Virus record (IMG/VR): IMGVR_UViG_3300042326_001602 | Coordinates: 1-51,728 of that record | Source: a virus | Lineage: Duplodnaviria; Caudoviricetes | Length of the DNA: 51,728 bases | Reading direction: 5' to 3' (one strand) | Shown: in pieces, positions 19,160 through 28,943 of the stretch | How positions within the stretch are numbered: the first letter of the stretch is position 1 | Layout: each line of letters starts with the position of its first letter | Notes under the pieces: model-generated | The model's database searches: none | Told to the model about the DNA's origin: nothing | What the model saw: the letters and a program-made list of their open reading frames with translations, nothing else | Program-made: the position numbers and the translations under genes

Positions 19160-20698
19160 TTACGAGGTCGCACCGTACTGACGGTCTTCGGTCACGCCAT
19201 CAAGACGCATACCGGCCGGCTGATCCGGGACGAGCTGCATGCGCAGCATGCCCGGCATCTGAGCACCTTCCGTCAGCAGGCCAATGCCCGTCGACGTCTG
19301 GGGCTTCGTGATCGGCACCTTGATGCTGGAGTAACCCAGCGCCGGGGCGACGAACTCGAAGGGGATGAAGGACTCTGCCTTGTCGAACTTCTGGGTGCCC
19401 TTCGGCGACGGGGGCACGTACTTCTTCCAGTTCTGGCCACCCTTGCGGAGGCCGTACACGGTGCCAGACTCGATGTAGTTCGAGGTGTAGCCGGTGTACG
19501 TACGACCGTCGAAGGTGAACTTGAAGCCCTCCTGGCTGCCCTCGCTCGTGAGGCTCGAGAGGCGGCTGGTGCGGTCCAGCTGGTACTGGCCGATCTTCTG
19601 CGCCTCGTAGTTGAGCCACACGCCATCGCTGGCGATGAGGCAGTCAATGTACTGACCGTACTTCTCCTTCGCGCGGTGGAAGCCGCGGAGGTACTGACGG
19701 AGCTTGTGCTCGGTCAGGGTGCCGACGCCAGACTTGTAGAACGAACGGAACTCGGGGTGCGTGTTCACGTTGATCTGGTTGTTGCTATCACGATCCGGCC
19801 CGAGGAGGAACGCCGAGTCACCGGTGCCCGCCGCGTACTTCAGCCAGCTGTTGATACCGGCAATGCCGAAGCCTGCCGGCTCGCTAGCCGCGCTGTTGGC
19901 GAAACGGATCGTGTCGCCATTGGCAATCGAACCAGTAAGATCGACGCCAAGAACGGTGACGTACACGCGATTCAGGATCTCGTCGACAGCAGTGACGTAG
20001 GTGCTGATGCGGTTTCCGGAGGCATCCTCGTTCTCACGGGTGGTGCCCGCCGAGTTCCAGATGTCGATGCGCATGCCGACGGCATAGCGGTCGATGTTCA
20101 GGTTGCTCGGGATGAAGTTGAACGTGGTGTTCGTAGCGAACCCAAGTCCGTCGATGGAGGAGATGGTACCAAGGGTGAAGTTGGTGTTGTCCTGCATGTA
20201 CCAGTAGTTGCACAGGGTGTGCGCGATCAGGCGAGCATGGCCCTCAAGCTTGGGGGCAATGACTTCGCCGATGAACGCGGGGGTCGCCTCGGCCTGCATC
20301 TCACCCATGGTGACGAGCAGGTTGGAGACCATCGCCTTCATCTGGACGCCCAGACGGTACGGCTTCGCGAGAGCGCCGTCGGTCGGGTCGGGCCAAGTCT
20401 GGGTCAGCGACTGCTTGCTGAACTTGGCAGCAACGTCGGTGACCGTGTCGCCGAGCATCGTGAAGTTGGCATTTGCGCCACCCTCAAAGATGCCGGCCAT
20501 CGAGCCCATGTAGATCTTGAGGATCTTCATGTCCTTGCCGATGAGATTGGCCGGGCCGACGCCCTGGCTAGTGACCGTGGTGTCCCGCCACGCCGGGTCG
20601 AGGGACGGAAGGAACACCTCGATGTTCTTGTTGAGGATTTCCTGGATGCGGTTGGCCTGATCGCCAAACAGCGTTCCAGTCGTAGAGATGTAAGGCAC
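19160..20698 (-). CDS. Major capsid protein (512 aa)
   Basis: Follows the scaffold gene; strongest codon bias in the arm; followed by a terminator. Confidence 0.8.
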   Translation of the reverse strand: MPYISTTGTLFGDQANRIQEILNKNIEVFLPSLDPAWRDTTVTSQGVGPANLIGKDMKILKIYMGSMAGIFEGGANANFTMLGDTVTDVAAKFSKQSLTQTWPDPTDGALAKPYRLGVQMKAMVSNLLVTMGEMQAEATPAFIGEVIAPKLEGHARLIAHTLCNYWYMQDNTNFTLGTISSIDGLGFATNTTFNFIPSNLNIDRYAVGMRIDIWNSAGTTRENEDASGNRISTYVTAVDEILNRVYVTVLGVDLTGSIANGDTIRFANSAASEPAGFGIAGINSWLKYAAGTGDSAFLLGPDRDSNNQINVNTHPEFRSFYKSGVGTLTEHKLRQYLRGFHRAKEKYGQYIDCLIASDGVWLNYEAQKIGQYQLDRTSRLSSLTSEGSQEGFKFTFDGRTYTGYTSNYIESGTVYGLRKGGQNWKKYVPPSPKGTQKFDKAESFIPFEFVAPALGYSSIKVPITKPQTSTGIGLLTEGAQMPGMLRMQLVPDQPAGMRLDGVTEDRQYGATS

Positions 20699-20738
20699 TT
20701 TTGAACTCCGTCCTTAGGACGGTTGGAATTGCGTACGG

Positions 20739-21635
20739 TCAGACCTTCGTTTCCCCACCAGCCGAGGAGTCCGCGGCAAGGCGGGAAAGCGCGTCAACGT
20801 TGAACTCGCGAACCGCAGTGTCCACCGACCCTCGGTCCATGCCCTTCTTGAATTCGGGGGGCGTGACCGGAGCCTTGGACTTGAGGAACTCGAGCTCGCC
20901 ATCTGTTTCCGGCGACCGGCCGAGGCCGTTGATGTCGCCGATGACCGTGCGATAATTTCCTGCAACAGCCTTTGCCGCCTTCGCGGCCTCGTCCGCGACC
21001 CAGTCCTCGCTGAACCGTCCGCCCTCGGCATCACGCCGGGAGTAGAGGTTGCGGAGGGTGGTCTCGCGGACCTGCTCCTGCAGAGCTCGCCAGGCACCCG
21101 CCGCATGATCGCGGCCACGGGTCTTGTCGAGCGTTTCCAGCATCTTAACGATCTCCGGGTTCCCGTCAATGGCGGAAACCACGTTCTTGTCCATCTGTTC
21201 CTTGAGCAGGCGCAGTCGCAGCTCGTTGGTCTGCCGCAGGGCAGCCTCGGCACGCTCCTCCGCAGCCCGCGTGGTCTTCTTCAGCATCTGCTCGATCTGG
21301 GCTTCCTCGCTCACGTCGGCCTCCTGATCCCCATCATCCTCGCCATCCACGTACTCCTGCGCGTACTGGCGTGCCTCGTCGTCGCTGAACCCGGCTCCGC
21401 GCAGCACTTCATACGCCGCCTGGACGTCCGGGCTCTCGCCGCGCATCAGCTTCGTCGCATTGCTACGAAAGTTCTCAAGCGAACTGATCCGCTGACGAGC
21501 TTGCTCGACCTCTTCCCGGGCCTGCTGCTGCGCCTGGAGGATCTCGCCGAGGGTTGCGGTAGTGCCATCCTCGAATTCAAGTTCGGTGTCCAGATCGATT
21601 CCTTCGTCTGAACCAGTGTTCTGATCATCAGCCAT
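20739..21635 (-). CDS. Capsid scaffolding protein (298 aa)
   Basis: Acidic coiled-coil protein between portal and capsid genes; AGGAG RBS. Confidence 0.7.
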   Translation of the reverse strand: MADDQNTGSDEGIDLDTELEFEDGTTATLGEILQAQQQAREEVEQARQRISSLENFRSNATKLMRGESPDVQAAYEVLRGAGFSDDEARQYAQEYVDGEDDGDQEADVSEEAQIEQMLKKTTRAAEERAEAALRQTNELRLRLLKEQMDKNVVSAIDGNPEIVKMLETLDKTRGRDHAAGAWRALQEQVRETTLRNLYSRRDAEGGRFSEDWVADEAAKAAKAVAGNYRTVIGDINGLGRSPETDGELEFLKSKAPVTPPEFKKGMDRGSVDTAVREFNVDALSRLAADSSAGGETKV

Positions 21636-23634
21636 TTGCTACTCCTTGAGGGGGTTGTGCTCCGGGACCGATCCGACCTGCGACCCCACCAGCCTGCTGG
21701 GGGTTGACGATTGCGACGTCGTCGGGGTTCGGGACCATTGCGGGTAGGGACTGTCCCATGAACGAGATCAGGGACTCACGGTACGACTTGAACGCGTCCT
21801 GCACGGCAGGGCTCGCCAAAGTCATGATCGGGTTGGACATGAACGCGCTCAGCACGCGCAGCTGAAGGTCGGGACGCGCCGTGTGCGGAGTCACGACGAT
21901 CTGCTGGCTCTGCTGGCCGTCGCCGTAGAGCAGGAGGATGTTGCGGATGATGCTCTCATACGCGCTCTTCTCCTCCTCCATCCACATCGCGAAGTCGATG
22001 CCCTCCTTCATCGCGAACAGCTTCAGGCCCTCCGGATCGGTGACGCCGGCCTGCAACAGGCCCATCGCCTCCTGCTTCCGCACCACCTCGCTGCGGGGGC
22101 TCGTGTCCTTGACCGTGAAGCTGATCTGGCTGAAGTTCGGAATCGGGTTCTTCTTGAAGTTGACCGTGCCCTCCTCGGGATCGATCACCGCACCCGCAAG
22201 GTCCAGAGTCAGCTTGTTGACCGGGATAGCACGGTCGCTGACCAGCATCTCCCTGCTCGCCTTCTGAACCAGGCTCTTGTACATCCCGCCGAACGCAGCC
22301 TGCACGCCGCTGGTGGGGTTCGTCATCGCCTTGCTGATCTGCTCGTCGAGGAACTGCAGGCCGCTCGCGCTGTCCACCCGGCCCTTCTCCGCAAGCAGAT
22401 CCTGCACCGGGCTCAGGCTATCGCTGATTGACTTCGCGAACTGAGCGACCTTGCCGGGGACGTCGCCTGCATTGAACGGCTGGATCACGAGCGGCTTGAA
22501 GTCGTCGCCGAGCAGCGCGTCCTTGCTGTAGCTCATGTACCGCAGGCCCTTGCCGATGTCGCGCATTACCGCGCGCTCGTTGATCGTGCCCTGTGGCATG
22601 ACCAAGACGCCGTACTTGTCGATGTCACGGATGTTGTTGAACAGGCTCTTGAGAAGCCGCTCCATCTCGCGCACGATGCCGAACATCAGGTCAAACAGGC
22701 CCGCACCGTGGAACGTGCCATTGTCCATGAACCGGGCAAAGCCGATCGGGCAATACGACTCAACATCGTCAAGCTCAATGTCCTGAAGAACGATGTCACC
22801 GCTCGAGACGACGTAGCGACTGACGGTTCCGCGAGGGCCGTCAAGCCAGAGTTCCCTGACCTTGACGACTTCCAGGTCGCTGTCGTTCGGGATTCCGTTC
22901 ATGGCTCCGCTGCTTGCGGAACTGAGGATATAGCCGTTGCCGGGACTGTCGGCCGGCTCCTCCATGTCGTGGCCATACTCCCAGCTCCATGCGTCCATGC
23001 GTTCCTTGTTTCGATTGATGACCTTGTCACCGAACCGATCGCGAAGGAACTTCATGGGCACGACTCGCTGGCGAATCATGCCGCGTGCCTTGGTGTGATC
23101 CATCCCGAGGCTCGGGAACGGCAGCAACTCCTTGGGGTGAACAACCTCAAGATCGCTCGTCAGGCCGATGGTGGGGTGATCCACCATGTGCCCAGTGATT
23201 CCGCAAGATCCCATCAATGCAAACACGTAGTTGAAGTCGCGCTTCACCTTCTCCAGCTGCTGGTCGCTCACGACCGCATCTGCCACTAGCTGCGCAACGC
23301 TGCGCTCCCGGATCCCGGCAAGGCTATAACCCTGCCTCAGCGCACGGGGGCGCAGGTCCATCGTGTTCAGTCGCGCCGTCGTCTTGTCGATGATCGACAT
23401 GAGCTCCGTGCTCTGGAACTCCATGTTTCCCTCTTCATCGAGGTAGTGAGGCACAACCCTTGCAGTCCTCGGATCGAACACGTCGAACCGGCGGAAGCCG
23501 TTGAGGTAGTACCACGCCAGGATCCACAGCGTCCTGCGATACGTGAGCTTCGTAAGCTCTCGCTCGCAATGCTGGTCGATGATCCGACCGAGGATGTTCT
23601 TGTCTTTCGGGAGCGTGTAACCGTCAGTTGCCAT
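21628..23634 (-). CDS. Portal protein (668 aa)
   Basis: Size, position after terminase, helical composition and P/Q/G-rich tail are typical of podovirus portals. Confidence 0.8.
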   Translation of the reverse strand: MATDGYTLPKDKNILGRIIDQHCERELTKLTYRRTLWILAWYYLNGFRRFDVFDPRTARVVPHYLDEEGNMEFQSTELMSIIDKTTARLNTMDLRPRALRQGYSLAGIRERSVAQLVADAVVSDQQLEKVKRDFNYVFALMGSCGITGHMVDHPTIGLTSDLEVVHPKELLPFPSLGMDHTKARGMIRQRVVPMKFLRDRFGDKVINRNKERMDAWSWEYGHDMEEPADSPGNGYILSSASSGAMNGIPNDSDLEVVKVRELWLDGPRGTVSRYVVSSGDIVLQDIELDDVESYCPIGFARFMDNGTFHGAGLFDLMFGIVREMERLLKSLFNNIRDIDKYGVLVMPQGTINERAVMRDIGKGLRYMSYSKDALLGDDFKPLVIQPFNAGDVPGKVAQFAKSISDSLSPVQDLLAEKGRVDSASGLQFLDEQISKAMTNPTSGVQAAFGGMYKSLVQKASREMLVSDRAIPVNKLTLDLAGAVIDPEEGTVNFKKNPIPNFSQISFTVKDTSPRSEVVRKQEAMGLLQAGVTDPEGLKLFAMKEGIDFAMWMEEEKSAYESIIRNILLLYGDGQQSQQIVVTPHTARPDLQLRVLSAFMSNPIMTLASPAVQDAFKSYRESLISFMGQSLPAMVPNPDDVAIVNPQQAGGVAGRIGPGAQPPQGVANG

Positions 23635-23872
23635 CTTGCTTTCGCTTCCTTAGGGACTTCCATCCGGGCGGCATGTCCTCAAAAAGTTCGACACCCTTGA
23701 GGTTGAACGACGATGCAGGAGTGGGATCAGGCTGCGGGACCTTCTGATCAGAAGGAGTAGCACTCATCCCATCCGGGATCTCTTGCCCATAATAAGCCTG
23801 AGCAAGCATCTGGAAGTATACGAAAGGAATCGTGACGTAAAGAGGGTTAGACCCGCGATCCGCGTTTTGCAT
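23624..23872 (-). CDS. Hypothetical protein (82 aa)
   Basis: AGGAG RBS; overlaps both terminase and portal ends. Confidence 0.6.
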   Translation of the reverse strand: MQNADRGSNPLYVTIPFVYFQMLAQAYYGQEIPDGMSATPSDQKVPQPDPTPASSFNLKGVELFEDMPPGWKSLRKRKQDGN

Positions 23873-25784
23873 TGTTCTCTCCTGACATGCCCTCGAGAAG
23901 TGTCGTGAGCGGCATGTTATTGAAATTCATGGCTTCCACGGCAGGAATACCCCCACCAATCGAGTCCCCGATGGTTCCGTCCGCAATCATCTTTGAGAAG
24001 TCAAGGCCCTGCTCTTCACCCACAATCTGCCTGTCCAAACGGCCCCTGACCACAAACATGCTCATGGCCACGGTGTCGATGAAGTCGTCGTGCTGGAGGC
24101 CGCCACTTTCCGCGTCCGGGTTGAACTGCTCGATCTGGTCGAACAGGAGACGCCACGGGAGCTGCCCCCTGCGCCACGTGGGGAACTTTATAAGCCCGTG
24201 CTCGAACCGGTAGTGGAGGGCGTTGATCTTGGCCGTCTTGTCCAGCGTGCCCACACGCAGTGGCACGATCCTGGGCGGGATCTCTCCAGTCACCTCGGCT
24301 GCCTTCTGGCGGACCATGGACTCCATCGCGCTGTACAGGCCGAACGACTGACGCACCACCTCCGGATGGATCGCCGGACACCCCCACCTGCCTGACATGG
24401 CGAACGACTGCTCGATCAGCTTCTGCTCCCGGCACTGGGCTCCCCACGTGTCCAACACGAACAGGCACGCGTCCACCGGGTCGTATCCCATGAGCGTACA
24501 GACCTTGAAGTCGCTGTCGCTCGTCGCCGTGTAGCTGGTGTCGACGGTGATGAACATCCGGACCCGGTCCTTCAGGAACTGGGCCAGCGGCATCTTTTCC
24601 AGCAATCCGCTCTTCCCGTTCCAGCAAATCGTCGCTTCGCTGTTCTTGGGATCCGTATCTACGAGGGGGTCTGGGTTCTCCAGCCACCAGCCGTGCTTGG
24701 CCGTGGACACCTCGCCGAAGTGCAGGTCCTCGGCCTCGCCAGGCTGGGCCAGGTACTCGGCCATGTAGTTGTGGCTGCCGATCATCTCCCGGATCTCCTC
24801 CAGGCTGACTAGCCCCTTCAACTTGGGATCCGTATCCTTCGACTTCCGATCCAGCGGCCACATGCCTGGCCAGCAGGACTTCCGCACACCCTCCTCCTCG
24901 TACTCCGCCTTCAGCACCAGGCGCGCCCACTGGTCGAAGCGGGGATCCCTCGCCACCGGGCCGGTGGGGGTCGGCTCCGTCGCCATCGCGTGCCATGCGT
25001 AGTGCCGCCGGCTCACGAAGGTAGCCAACCACCGGACGCTCGTGTCGCGCCGGGTCACCATGGGAATGACCACCTTGAACAGCAGGCGCTCCATGTACGA
25101 GCGCAAGATGCTCATGCTCGTGCTGGCCTTCGGGTCGTACTCCGGGTCGTCAAGCGCGTACACGCGGGGACGTCCGCCACGCTGCCTGCTCTCGGCGCTG
25201 ATCGCCCGGAACCAGCTGCCGTTGTTCAGGTACATCATCTCCACGCCGAACGATCGCTCGCCGCGCTTCGGCGTGATCCGGCCATCCGGGAACTCGGGAC
25301 CCCAATCGTCCGAAAGACGCTGGTTGCCGAGGAACTGGGTCTTCAGGACCTGGCTTGTTTGCTCCGCGTTGTCCCCGCTGCTCGTGGCGTAGATGAAGGA
25401 GTACGCCGGGCGGCTAACCATTTGCAGGAGTGCCGACTTTCGGAAACAGTTGCTCTTCGCGAAACCGCGTGGTGCGATTGCCACGCTCTTGCTTGCGAGC
25501 GCCCACAGCCGGTAGATGGCGAAGTGCCCGAGCGGCGACTCGATTGGATCATCGTCGTAGAAGTATGGGTTGAAGTCCTCGTCCCAGTCCGGGTACAGGT
25601 AGTACCGGTCGAAGAAGTTGATGCACGCGGCAAGCGCATGCGCTCGGTCAGAGGGATCGCCGCCGAGCTGCCACTGCTTGCACGCGTTGACGCGAGCCAG
25701 TCGCTGTCCCTCGGGAGTCAGCGTCAGGTAGTCCGCAGGCAGCGGGTATAGATCATTTCCGTGTCTGTCGATCCTAAGCGTCAA
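23847..25784 (-). CDS. terL: Terminase large subunit
   Basis: Walker A APRGFAKS, Walker B ALDDPE, RNase H-like nuclease acids (ITVDTS...SDF, HDDFIDT). Confidence 0.92.
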   Translation of the reverse strand: MTLRIDRHGNDLYPLPADYLTLTPEGQRLARVNACKQWQLGGDPSDRAHALAACINFFDRYYLYPDWDEDFNPYFYDDDPIESPLGHFAIYRLWALASKSVAIAPRGFAKSNCFRKSALLQMVSRPAYSFIYATSSGDNAEQTSQVLKTQFLGNQRLSDDWGPEFPDGRITPKRGERSFGVEMMYLNNGSWFRAISAESRQRGGRPRVYALDDPEYDPKASTSMSILRSYMERLLFKVVIPMVTRRDTSVRWLATFVSRRHYAWHAMATEPTPTGPVARDPRFDQWARLVLKAEYEEEGVRKSCWPGMWPLDRKSKDTDPKLKGLVSLEEIREMIGSHNYMAEYLAQPGEAEDLHFGEVSTAKHGWWLENPDPLVDTDPKNSEATICWNGKSGLLEKMPLAQFLKDRVRMFITVDTSYTATSDSDFKVCTLMGYDPVDACLFVLDTWGAQCREQKLIEQSFAMSGRWGCPAIHPEVVRQSFGLYSAMESMVRQKAAEVTGEIPPRIVPLRVGTLDKTAKINALHYRFEHGLIKFPTWRRGQLPWRLLFDQIEQFNPDAESGGLQHDDFIDTVAMSMFVVRGRLDRQIVGEEQGLDFSKMIADGTIGDSIGGGIPAVEAMNFNNMPLTTLLEGMSGENNAKRGSRV

Positions 25785-26116
25785 GTACCCACCAGCCTCA
25801 CAGCAGCGATTCGCATGAGCGCGACGGAGAGCATCTTGTGGTCAGTGACGAATCGACCGAGGTCTTCCGCAATTCGGAACCACTCGACAGACGGCTTGAT
25901 CTGAGCCCTGAACATCTCACCGATCTGCTGAGGGTCAGCATCACGAAAAAGAGTCGGCTCTACGACACCCAGGTCCAGAAAGATCGGTGCTCCGATTCGC
26001 CAGCACTCAATCGAATCAAGTCGATTGATGAGCTCGAACACGGGAAGCAGGTGATCAGGAATTGCGGGCGGGGATGAACTGGGCTGCGAAGGGGAGGCTT
26101 TCGGGGACTTGGACAT
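25781..26116 (-). CDS. Hypothetical protein (111 aa)
   Basis: Couples to the terL start. Confidence 0.55.
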   Translation of the reverse strand: MSKSPKASPSQPSSSPPAIPDHLLPVFELINRLDSIECWRIGAPIFLDLGVVEPTLFRDADPQQIGEMFRAQIKPSVEWFRIAEDLGRFVTDHKMLSVALMRIAAVRLVGT

Positions 26117-26435
26117 GATCCTTGCTCTCTTGGAGGGACTGAACGAGCTTGGACGTCGAGCTGATCTTCACCGTCTGGTTGCCCTCGACGTGCGTGATCT
26201 CGGCGTTCCGGCTCTGAATGATACCGTTGATCTCCGCCGTCTCCCTCACGACGCCGCGCAATTGCTTCATCGCAGCCATCGCCACCTTCGGGTCGGGATC
26301 ACGGCTGAACTCGACCAGCCGCTCGACCTCCTCCCGCACCTCCCACCCGCTCGCCTTCAGCGCGAACGCAACGCCATCAAGCCCGAAGTACGAGCGAATC
26401 GTCTCATCCCCGGACTTTGCTGGAAGCTGCTTCAA
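26055..26435 (-). CDS. Candidate terminase small subunit (126 aa)
   Basis: Helical core with a beta-like tail, upstream of terL. Function inferred from position only. Confidence 0.4.
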   Translation of the reverse strand: MKQLPAKSGDETIRSYFGLDGVAFALKASGWEVREEVERLVEFSRDPDPKVAMAAMKQLRGVVRETAEINGIIQSRNAEITHVEGNQTVKISSTSKLVQSLQESKDHVQVPESLPFAAQFIPARNS

Positions 26436-28468
26436 CGCCCACCTCGCTTCCGAGCCATCCTTGAGAACAGGGTTTCCTTGACGCTAGGTCCCTTGCCTGG
26501 TCGCTTGTAGATTGGCTTTCGGGAAGCCGGACCAACGCTACGAGGCTTAGCCGATTCACTCCGAATTTCGGGGACAGAGGCGCCAGCATTACGGGTCTCA
26601 ACAAGTCTCATACGCCCCGAAGGGCCGTAGTACTCGGTTACGTCAACAGGCAGGTGGGGCCCCATCTCCCTCGGATTCAAGACCGCACCGTGAGAAAGAA
26701 GGATGGAACGAAGTCGATCCATCTTCTCCGCAGGAGAGAACTCGGTTCGGGCCCTGCGCTTTCGGGCAAGAGCGCGGACTTCAGCAGGCGTAATCTCGGG
26801 GCCAGCACCGCGTGGCTCGGGCGAAATCTGCGGCTGCGGCTTCTTTCGACTGGCAGCACCCTTTGCTTCACGTTCCTTCCGCTCGCTCTCCATCAGGTTG
26901 AGAACGGTCTGGCGCAAGGTGTCTCCGCTACCAACACCCTCAGCCTTGGCCTTCTCTACCAGACGGCGCAGCTCGGCAACTCGCTTTGAGGTGAACTTGG
27001 GCTTTCTCCGCCCGACGACTCCGCCAGGCACCTGCTCAAGGCGACCTTCCTTCAGGTCTTCAATGTCCTTACGGGACATCCGCATCTTCGGCCGAGCCTT
27101 CTGCACGGCAAAGGCAAGCTCGGTGGGGGTCTTGCCGAGCGCCTTGGCCTCGCGCCCGGCGCGGCCGCGCTGCTTCTCCTCAACGCTCTTTACCTTCTTC
27201 GACTCAACGCCGGTAACGGGATTGGTTGTACGGCTGGGCTCGAAGGTTCCCTTGGTGCCGAACATCTTGTTCAGCGTGCGCTGAAGGAGGATTGCCGCCT
27301 TGGCGTTTCCTTCCTTCGCCATCTGGTTCAGCCGAAACAGCTTTGACTTCTCGAACGGAGGACGGCTGGCTTCGGGGAAGGCCGAGCGCTCGTTGTACAT
27401 CTTCTCAAGCAAGCTGTTGCTGTAATACCTGATCTTCCCGTCCTTGAACGTCCAATTGAGCGGCTTGCCTCCGCTGTCGGTCTTGCGGTCGTACGGCTTG
27501 GTAAGCACGCGATCGCCGGGCTGCGGAGTCCCCACCATCCGAACCTTGCCGCCAGTGGCACCTGGTCCCTTGTAGGGCTCGTCGGGAGTACTTGCGCGCT
27601 CCTCCCGTTCCTCTGCGCCCTTGGCCTGAACCATCAGGCTCTCAAACATTTCCTTGCGCTTCTCCTTGTTGAGGCGTCCGCGCATGCGCTTCTCGACGGT
27701 AATGAGCTCCTTTGCGACCTTGCGCTTCGCATCCTCGAGCATCTGCTCGACCTGCGGAGGCGTTCGGTTCATCTGCTCCGCAATGTCGTAGATGTTCTGC
27801 TTGTGGCGAATGGAGAGCATCAGCGCCTGTCGCTGCTCTTCCGGCAGCGCGTCGATGATCTTGTTGATTGCGCCACTCTGGAGAAGTTCCGTGACGGGAG
27901 CGCGGGTCACGCCCTTGCGCCTGCCGCTGGGCAGTGGAACTCGGTCTGCCTTGTCCTCGCGCTTGATCACGCGATCGGCAAGCTTGCGACCGGCATCGCT
28001 GTCAAGGGCTTCGATTGCCGCGTCATACAGTCGGGGAGGAAGAGACGTCTCAATTCCCTGACTTGCCTTCTGGTTCTTGCGGAGACCTCGGATCCGCTTC
28101 ATCGCCTCGACTTCTTCACCGGTGCCTGGATCCCGCTCGCCGGCAATTGGGTAGCGCTCGTCGATCTTCTCAAGCGGATCAACAAACTGCTTGACCCGGC
28201 TAGCAGCGTCCTTTCGCTTGATCACGTCCTCGAGGTTGAATAGAACGGCCGCAAGTACAGGAGCCCTGTCCGGCGTGATGTCCTGGTTTTTGACAAGCTT
28301 GTTTACGAGAAGGCGAACCGTGTTCTTTCCGAAGGGATCCTTGGCCTTCGCCATCAGCTCAATAGCCATCTGAATCTCGGCCTTGGAAAACGTATTGGCC
28401 TTGTTCGGGCCAATAGGCTTCTTGTAGCCACCATCAGAAGGAATTGTTTTAGGTTCCCTGCTTGCCAT
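26432..28468 (-). CDS. Large basic protein (678 aa) with an embedded sigma70 region-4-like HTH
   Basis: IIDALPEEQRQALMLSIRHKQNIYDIAEQMNRTPPQVEQMLEDAKRKV at ~27712-27868; the rest is K/R/P-rich. Confidence 0.7.
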   Translation of the reverse strand: MASREPKTIPSDGGYKKPIGPNKANTFSKAEIQMAIELMAKAKDPFGKNTVRLLVNKLVKNQDITPDRAPVLAAVLFNLEDVIKRKDAASRVKQFVDPLEKIDERYPIAGERDPGTGEEVEAMKRIRGLRKNQKASQGIETSLPPRLYDAAIEALDSDAGRKLADRVIKREDKADRVPLPSGRRKGVTRAPVTELLQSGAINKIIDALPEEQRQALMLSIRHKQNIYDIAEQMNRTPPQVEQMLEDAKRKVAKELITVEKRMRGRLNKEKRKEMFESLMVQAKGAEEREERASTPDEPYKGPGATGGKVRMVGTPQPGDRVLTKPYDRKTDSGGKPLNWTFKDGKIRYYSNSLLEKMYNERSAFPEASRPPFEKSKLFRLNQMAKEGNAKAAILLQRTLNKMFGTKGTFEPSRTTNPVTGVESKKVKSVEEKQRGRAGREAKALGKTPTELAFAVQKARPKMRMSRKDIEDLKEGRLEQVPGGVVGRRKPKFTSKRVAELRRLVEKAKAEGVGSGDTLRQTVLNLMESERKEREAKGAASRKKPQPQISPEPRGAGPEITPAEVRALARKRRARTEFSPAEKMDRLRSILLSHGAVLNPREMGPHLPVDVTEYYGPSGRMRLVETRNAGASVPEIRSESAKPRSVGPASRKPIYKRPGKGPSVKETLFSRMARKRGGR

Positions 28469-28943
28469 CTGCCTGCTCCTGTTCGCCGGACGGGATCATT
28501 CTAAGCACAAACCGCGTCAGTTCCTCGGCGGCACTGCGAATTGCCACGCGATCCGCATCGTGGACCGAAAGGCCACGGATGCGCCGGCTGTCGGTGATGG
28601 CTCGGACGACGGAACGCCAGTTCTTGCGGATCTCGGACGGATTGACCTTGGTGCGAAACTTGAACTTGTGGGAGCTCGACGGCTTCATCATCGAGTTCGG
28701 GCCAGAGAAATCCTTGCGGCCTGGCATCGACAGGTTCTTCATGCACACCTGGAAGGTGGCGGGATCGACGAACCCCACCCGCCCGAGCACGATGATCGGG
28801 CAGCAGATGGCGCGGCACAGTGCGCGGAACGAACGGCGCTGCGTGATGCCGAACGGGCGCAGCTCCTTGATGTAGTACTCCTCCGACATGAGGCGAACGC
28901 CCCTGCCGAAGGAGATCACATGCTGCTCGCCCTGCTCGCTCAA
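28449..28943 (-). CDS. Hypothetical basic protein (164 aa)
   Basis: Overlapping coupling on both sides. Confidence 0.6.
   Translation of the reverse strand: MSEQGEQHVISFGRGVRLMSEEYYIKELRPFGITQRRSFRALCRAICCPIIVLGRVGFVDPATFQVCMKNLSMPGRKDFSGPNSMMKPSSSHKFKFRTKVNPSEIRKNWRSVVRAITDSRRIRGLSVHDADRVAIRSAAEELTRFVLRMIPSGEQEQADGKQGT

Noticed and set aside
19076-20704. 542-aa + strand ORF opposite the capsid gene, and similar long antisense ORFs (e.g. 4059-5093, 32114-33313, 35178-36614, 48545-49837, 49470-50966)
   Set aside because: Shadow ORFs caused by high GC3 bias; no RBS or motifs, and they largely overlap better-supported genes.
5453-28468. Recurring (V/I/M/Y)GP tripeptides in the basic late proteins as protease sites
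   Set aside because: The motif is short and expected in G/P-rich high-GC proteins, and no prohead protease was identified.
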